The notes under the pieces: generated by a model | Told to the model about the DNA's origin: nothing | Databases searched by the model: none | Seen by the model: the letters and a program-made list of their open reading frames with translations, nothing else | Made by a program: the position numbers and the translations under genes | Shown here: positions 59,840 through 64,000 of the stretch, piece by piece | How positions within the stretch are numbered: the first letter of the stretch is position 1 | Layout of the letters: every line of letters begins with the position of its first letter | Assembly (NCBI GenBank): GCA_963712885.1 | Contig: CAVQJT010000004.1 | Location: 80,108-144,107, forward strand | Direction of reading: 5' to 3' | Origin: Calditrichia bacterium | GTDB lineage: Bacteria > Calditrichota > Calditrichia > JAJRVZ01 | DNA length: 64,000 nt

Positions 59840-61808
59840 ATGAATATCCTTGGTATATCGGCTTTCTATCACGACAGTGCGGCGGCGTTGGTGCGCGACG
59901 GCGAAATTATCGCTGCCGCCCAGGAGGAACGCTTTACCCGCAAAAAACACGATCCGGAGTTTCCGGAAAAAGCCATTGCCTATTGCCTTAAAGAAGCCGG
60001 AATCGATGCCACACAGATCGACCATGTGGTGTTCTATGATAAACCGTTCCTGAAATTCGAACGTATCCTGGAAACCTATCTCCACTATGCACCATACGAA
60101 TTTCGCTCATTTATCAAAGCGATGCCGCTGTGGATGAAGAAAAAACTGTGGATCAAATCACTGGTCCAGGACGATCTTCCCGGTTATAAAAATGAAGTGC
60201 TCTTCTCCGAACATCACCGGTCCCATGCCGCTTCGGCCTTCTATCCGTCCCCCTTTAATGAGGCGGCGATCATTACCGTCGACGGGGTCGGCGAATGGAC
60301 GACCACCAGCCTGGGATACGGCAAAGATAACCACATCGATATCCTGAAAGAGATCCACTTTCCCGCATTCCCTGGGCATGCTCTACTCGGCGTTTACCTA
60401 CTATACCGGCTTTCGGGTAAATTCCGGTGAGTATAAACTGATGGGCCTGGCACCGTACGGGGAACCGAAATATGTCACGACGATTCTGGATCAACTGATC
60501 GATATCCGGGAAGACGGTTCCTTCCGGCTCGATATACGCTACTTCAATTATGCCGCCGGTCTGACCATGACCAGCCGGAAATTCGACCGGCTATTCGATG
60601 GACCCCCCGCTAAACCGGATGAAACACCGGGTCAGCGCGATATGGACCTGGCGCGATCGGTGCAGGAAGTGATCGAGCAGGTGATGATCAATATGGCGAA
60701 GCCGTCAAAGAACTGACCAACGCGAGTATCTCTGTCTGGCGGGTGGGGTGGCACTCAACTGTGTGGCCAATGGAAAACTTGTTACGTGAAGGATCTTTCG
60801 ATGATCTCTGGATCCAGCCGGCCGCCGGCGATGCAGGCGGGGCGCTGGGTGCCGCCCTGGCGGTATGGCATGCCTATCTGGATCAACCGAAAAAGCCATC
60901 CATGCTGCCGGACCGGCAGATGGGATCCTATCTGGGGCCGGAGTTTGATGATGATGAGATTTTGATATTTTTAAATCATTACAGCATTCCGTTTGAAAAA
61001 TACAGCGACAAAGTGACAAAGCGACAGGATAATCAGGTAGGGCCATGGCGTGCCATGGCCGGTGACAGCGAATCCGTGATTCGCCCTGCGCCAAAGAAAC
61101 AAAGCGACAAAGAAGGGGCGGTTCGAGAACCGCCCGAAGGCAATGGTGAAACAACGGGGTATGATATCATCAACAAAACCGCCAAATTATTGGCGAATGA
61201 AAAGGTGATCGGATGGTTTCAGGGCAGAATGGAATTCGGCCCCCGGGCGCTTGGGCTCGCAGCATTCTGGGTGATGCGCGGTCACCCAAAATGCAGCGGG
61301 AACTAAACCTTAAGATAAAATTCCGTGAGTCATTCCGGCCATTCGCACCGGCGGTCGCCGTGGAGGATAGTGCGAACTATTTTGAAATGGACCGGTCCAG
61401 TCCTTATATGCTGCTGGTGGCGGATGTGAACAAGGACATACGATTCAACCCGACGGTCAACCAGCAGAACCTGACCGGTCTGGATAAACTGTATGTCCGC
61501 CGATCGGAACTGCCGGCCGTCACCCATGTGGATTATTCGGCACGACTGCAGACGGTGGACAAACATACAAATCAAAAATTCTGGATTGCTGCAGGCATTT
61601 AAATACACTTACCGGCTGTCCGGTGCTGATCAATACGTCGTTCAATGTGCGCGGTGAACCGATCGTCTCCACACCGCTGGATGCCTATAGATGTTTTATG
61701 CGTACCAATATGGACTATCTGGTCCTGGGGAATTTTGTGCTGGATAAAAAACAGCAGCCGCAAAAAATAGCCGGGATCGAGTGGGAGGAGACCTTTGCAC
61801 CTGATTAA
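59840..61808 (+). pseudogene. Carbamoyltransferase (NodU/CmcH family), heavily decayed: at least 7 frame changes plus an in-frame ~150-nt hairpin-element insertion
   Basis: The family sequence is readable only by hopping frames: MNILGISAFYHDSAAALVRDGEIIAAAQEERFTRKKHD (59840-), SLGMLYSAFTYYTGFRVNSGEYKLMGLAPYG (60378-), AVKELTNA / YLCLAGGVALNCVANGKL / LLREGSFDDLWIQPAAGDAGGALG (60690-60850), VIGWFQGRMEFGPRALG (61200-), RSILGDARSPKMQRELNLKIKFRESFRPFAP (61260-), LINTSFNVRGEPIV (61623-). Confidence 0.8.
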
Positions 61809-62070
61809 TGATAAAAGAAAAATGAAAAATGAAAAAAGAAAATAGACCAAAGATTATCCCGATAAAAACATTATCCTTAGGGTGACAAATCGGGATGAAA
61901 TTATCCATGATTTAGCCCATTTTTTGAGGCAGTTGAGGGATGGAGGGATTTGTTGGATTGATTCGGAGTAGAGATTAGTAGGCGGTGCCCGATGGCGGTA
62001 TGCGGTTCACCCAAAGAAAACGCGGGACATTTTCAACAATCACTGATCTACCTACGCGCTTTGCGCGTGC

Positions 62071-62222
62071 GGCGACAATTTTTGTTTGAGCCCGATATTG
62101 CCCCTGAAAACAGACCTGGCAGGTAAATCGGGATCAGCAATAGAGGGCGAGTTTAATTGTCGCCAGGGCTTTTTGCCTGCCCCGTTTTACGGGGGCTACT
62201 TTTTGGCCAGTCAAAAAGTAGC
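62071..62222 (+). repeat. Family C unit, third copy
   Basis: ggcgacaatttttgtttgag...gggcgagtttaattgtcgccagg...ccccgttttacgggg..ctactttttggccagtcaaaaagtag. Confidence 0.65.
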
Positions 62223-62935
62223 ATAAAGTCAAATTCAAAAGGAAAAAAAGATTAAAGATCAAAGATCAAAGATGAAAAAAAATTAAATATAAGATGAGCT
62301 GTCTTGACCAGGTTTTACACATGAAGAAATATTAATTGTCATGCTGTCCCAAGACGGGATCTGCGATAAGGATCTTCCTAGTTGCCGAAACCGGACTAAA
62401 AACCAGGAAGATTCTTACAGAATGACATGGTTCATCGATTCAATCAATCGGATAGCTCTTTGGTCAAAAAGTAGCATAAAGTCGAATTCGAAAGGAAAAA
62501 AGATTAAAGATCAAAGATCAAAGATGAAAAAAAATTAAATATAAGATGAGCTGTCTTGACCAGGTTTTACACATGAAGAAATATTAATTGTCATGCTGTC
62601 CCAAGACGGGATCTGCGATAAGGATCTTCCTAGTTGCCGAAACCGGACTAAAAACCAGGAAGATTCTTACAGAATGACATGGTTCATCGATTCAATCAAT
62701 CGGATAGCTCTTTGGTCAAAAAGTAGCATAAAGTCGAATTCGAAAGGAAAAAAAGATTAAAGATCAAAGATCAAAGATGAAAAAAAAGTAAATATAAGAT
62801 GAGCTGTCTTGACCAGGTTTTACACATGAAGAAATATTAATTGTCATGCTGTCCCAAGACGGAATCTGCGATAAGGATCTTCCTAGTTGCCGAAACCGGA
62901 CTAAAAACCAGGAAGATCCTTACAGAATGACATGA
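62209..62935 (+). repeat. Tandem array, ~2.9 copies of a ~253-bp unit that embeds a family A hairpin element
   Basis: The unit landmark aattaaatataagatgagctgtcttgacc recurs at 62281 and 62533, and as aagtaaatat... at 62786. The copies are nearly identical. The third is truncated after ...cttacagaatgacatg. Confidence 0.85.
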
Positions 62936-63007
62936 AAACGAAGGTGAACCGGAACGATAAAATTTCATTTTGTACAGGTATTATTTATTAAATAGAGAGT
63001 CTTATCC

Positions 63008-63415
63008 ATGCTGAATAAAGAAAAAATCAACAACCCGAAAGAACTGCGCAAATTCAGTATCGGTCTGGCGGTTCTGCTGCTGATCATCACGGCCTATATT
63101 TTTATTAAGTATGACACGCTCAATATCATACTGCCGGTGACGGCGGGGATTGTCCTGCTGATTGGAATGGTATGGCCGCCGGGCATAAAATCGGTATTTA
63201 TTATATTCTCTTACTTCGGCATTGGCATGAACTGGGTCGTGACAAATGTCATTTTATTTCTGCTGTTTTTTGTTATCTTCACCCCTATGGGGTTGGTCAT
63301 GCGGCTTTTAGGTAAAAAATTATTGGAAACCGGATTTAAAAAGACAGATTCAACCTATTGGATCAACCGGCCGGAAGAGCAGCAGCGGGATGGGAATTTT
63401 GAAAAACAATTTTAA
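63008..63415 (+). CDS. SxtJ-like small membrane protein
   Basis: 135 aa. N-terminal KELRKFSIGLAVLLLIITAYIF plus further TM helices. This type is commonly found beside carbamoyltransferase and DUF5989 genes (from memory). Confidence 0.45.
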   Translation: MLNKEKINNPKELRKFSIGLAVLLLIITAYIFIKYDTLNIILPVTAGIVLLIGMVWPPGIKSVFIIFSYFGIGMNWVVTNVILFLLFFVIFTPMGLVMRLLGKKLLETGFKKTDSTYWINRPEEQQRDGNFEKQF

Positions 63416-63508
63416 GGAAGCAGCAAAGCAACTAAGCAACTGAGCAAGAGAGACACAAAAGTTTTTCTTTGTCGCTTTGTTGCTCTGTCGCTCTTTCGCT
63501 TTGTCACT

Positions 63509-63667
63509 CAGAAAAGGGCATATATAAACGGTGCCAGAGCGGAACCCTGTACAAGAACGATCAGCATGCTTAACAGGACAATGACGATGATAATGGGAGC
63601 CAGCCAGAATTTTTTGCGTGCCCGCAGGAATTCAAAAGAGCTCTTTTAGTATAGATATTTTGCCCAT
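63509..63667 (-). pseudogene. DUF5989-like micro-protein gene, disrupted (in-frame TGA; conserved middle readable only in the +1 frame)
   Basis: The reverse strand reads ATG GGC AAA ATA TCT ATA CTA AAA GAG CTC TTT TGA. The family hallmark FEFLRARKKFWL is readable in the next frame. The tail APIIIVIVLLSMLIVLVQGSALAPFIYALF* returns to the ATG frame, which implies two compensating indels. Confidence 0.55.
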
Positions 63668-63769
63668 AAATGTGCTTTTTTTTCCGGTTCCATTTATATT
63701 TGCGGGACTGGAACACTCTGTTTTATTTCTGAAATATAGCGGTGTGGACAGTAAAAAATCAATCCAATA

Positions 63770-64000
63770 ATGCGACGACTTTATCCTTATATACTTTTTC
63801 TTCCCTTGCTGTGTTTTAATGCATGCTCAATCAGCCGTGATGCCGATCCCGAAACAGTGGCAAAAATCGGGGAGCATATCATTACCTACCAGGAGCTGGA
63901 AGTGAGTTTCATGCTCGAACCCATGTATGCCATCCGCACCCCCCTGCTTCTGGCTCGCGAGACCCAGCTGGCGCATCTGATCGATCAGGAATATTATTTT
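63770..64000 (+). CDS. Lipoprotein, N-terminal part (possibly SurA/PpiD-like chaperone domain); continues past the window
   Basis: The frame is open to the window end: MRRLYPYILFLPLLCFNACSISRDADPETVAKIGEHIITYQELEVSFMLEP.... Lipobox LCFNAC. Confidence 0.4.
   Translation, partial: MRRLYPYILFLPLLCFNACSISRDADPETVAKIGEHIITYQELEVSFMLEPMYAIRTPLLLARETQLAHLIDQEYYF

Noticed and set aside
59840-61808. Carbamoyltransferase frameshifts as further examples of the AG^CT insertion class.
   Set aside because: Inspection of each break shows homopolymer-like or other indels (e.g. TTTCCCGC, GGGCTCGC), none at AGWCT.
62209-62935. The tandem repeats could be a CRISPR array.
   Set aside because: The period is ~253 bp with near-identical full units and no short repeat/unique spacer alternation. 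No cas genes lie nearby. It is a tandem duplication of composite repeat elements.

Overview
The window looks like it comes from an uncultivated FCB-superphylum-type bacterium. This is an inference from a T9SS C-terminal sorting domain and DUF3098/DUF4846/DUF5989-type genes.

**1-31 kb, core metabolism:**
- queG
- a nucleoside-catabolism cluster (pyrimidine-nucleoside phosphorylase, class II aldolase, deoC, phosphohexomutase-type mutase)
- a thioredoxin-fold / beta-barrel operon whose last gene has an in-frame TGA in the CxxC position (candidate selenoprotein)
- PepC and M1 peptidases
- sucrose synthase plus sucrose-phosphate synthase/phosphatase
- a Met-pathway PLP enzyme, OsmC, a YeeE/YedE pair, serA, an Nramp transporter, and an aldolase/ADH/VOC group

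**31-41 kb, accessory stretch (AT-richer by eye):** three tandem Hanks-type Ser/Thr kinase paralogs (one truncated), an ORF6N pseudogene, and three type II TA modules (vapBC, hicAB with a dead hicA, RHH-mazF).

**41-47 kb:** a TolC-MFP-RND efflux operon.

**47.2-55 kb, strongly AT-rich island.** This is my best candidate for an undescribed system. It carries an integrase remnant, an HTH-only AraC regulator, a His/Cys protease-like protein with an unknown partner, a dedicated KR-ACP-KS set, and a divergent multi-TM protein.

**55-64 kb:** a nucleotide-sugar dehydrogenase, a heme c/TM/cyt b5-like fusion, tRNA-Val with tRNA-derived scars, a heavily decayed carbamoyltransferase-SxtJ-DUF5989 cluster, and dense repeat arrays.

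**Cross-cutting observations:**
- Seven frameshifts in otherwise intact genes are each one extra A/T in the centre of AGCT (mostly CAG^CTG). This looks systematic rather than random decay.
- Several hairpin/MITE-like repeat families fill the intergenic DNA.

All calls come from reading the sequence and from remembered family motifs. No searches were run.
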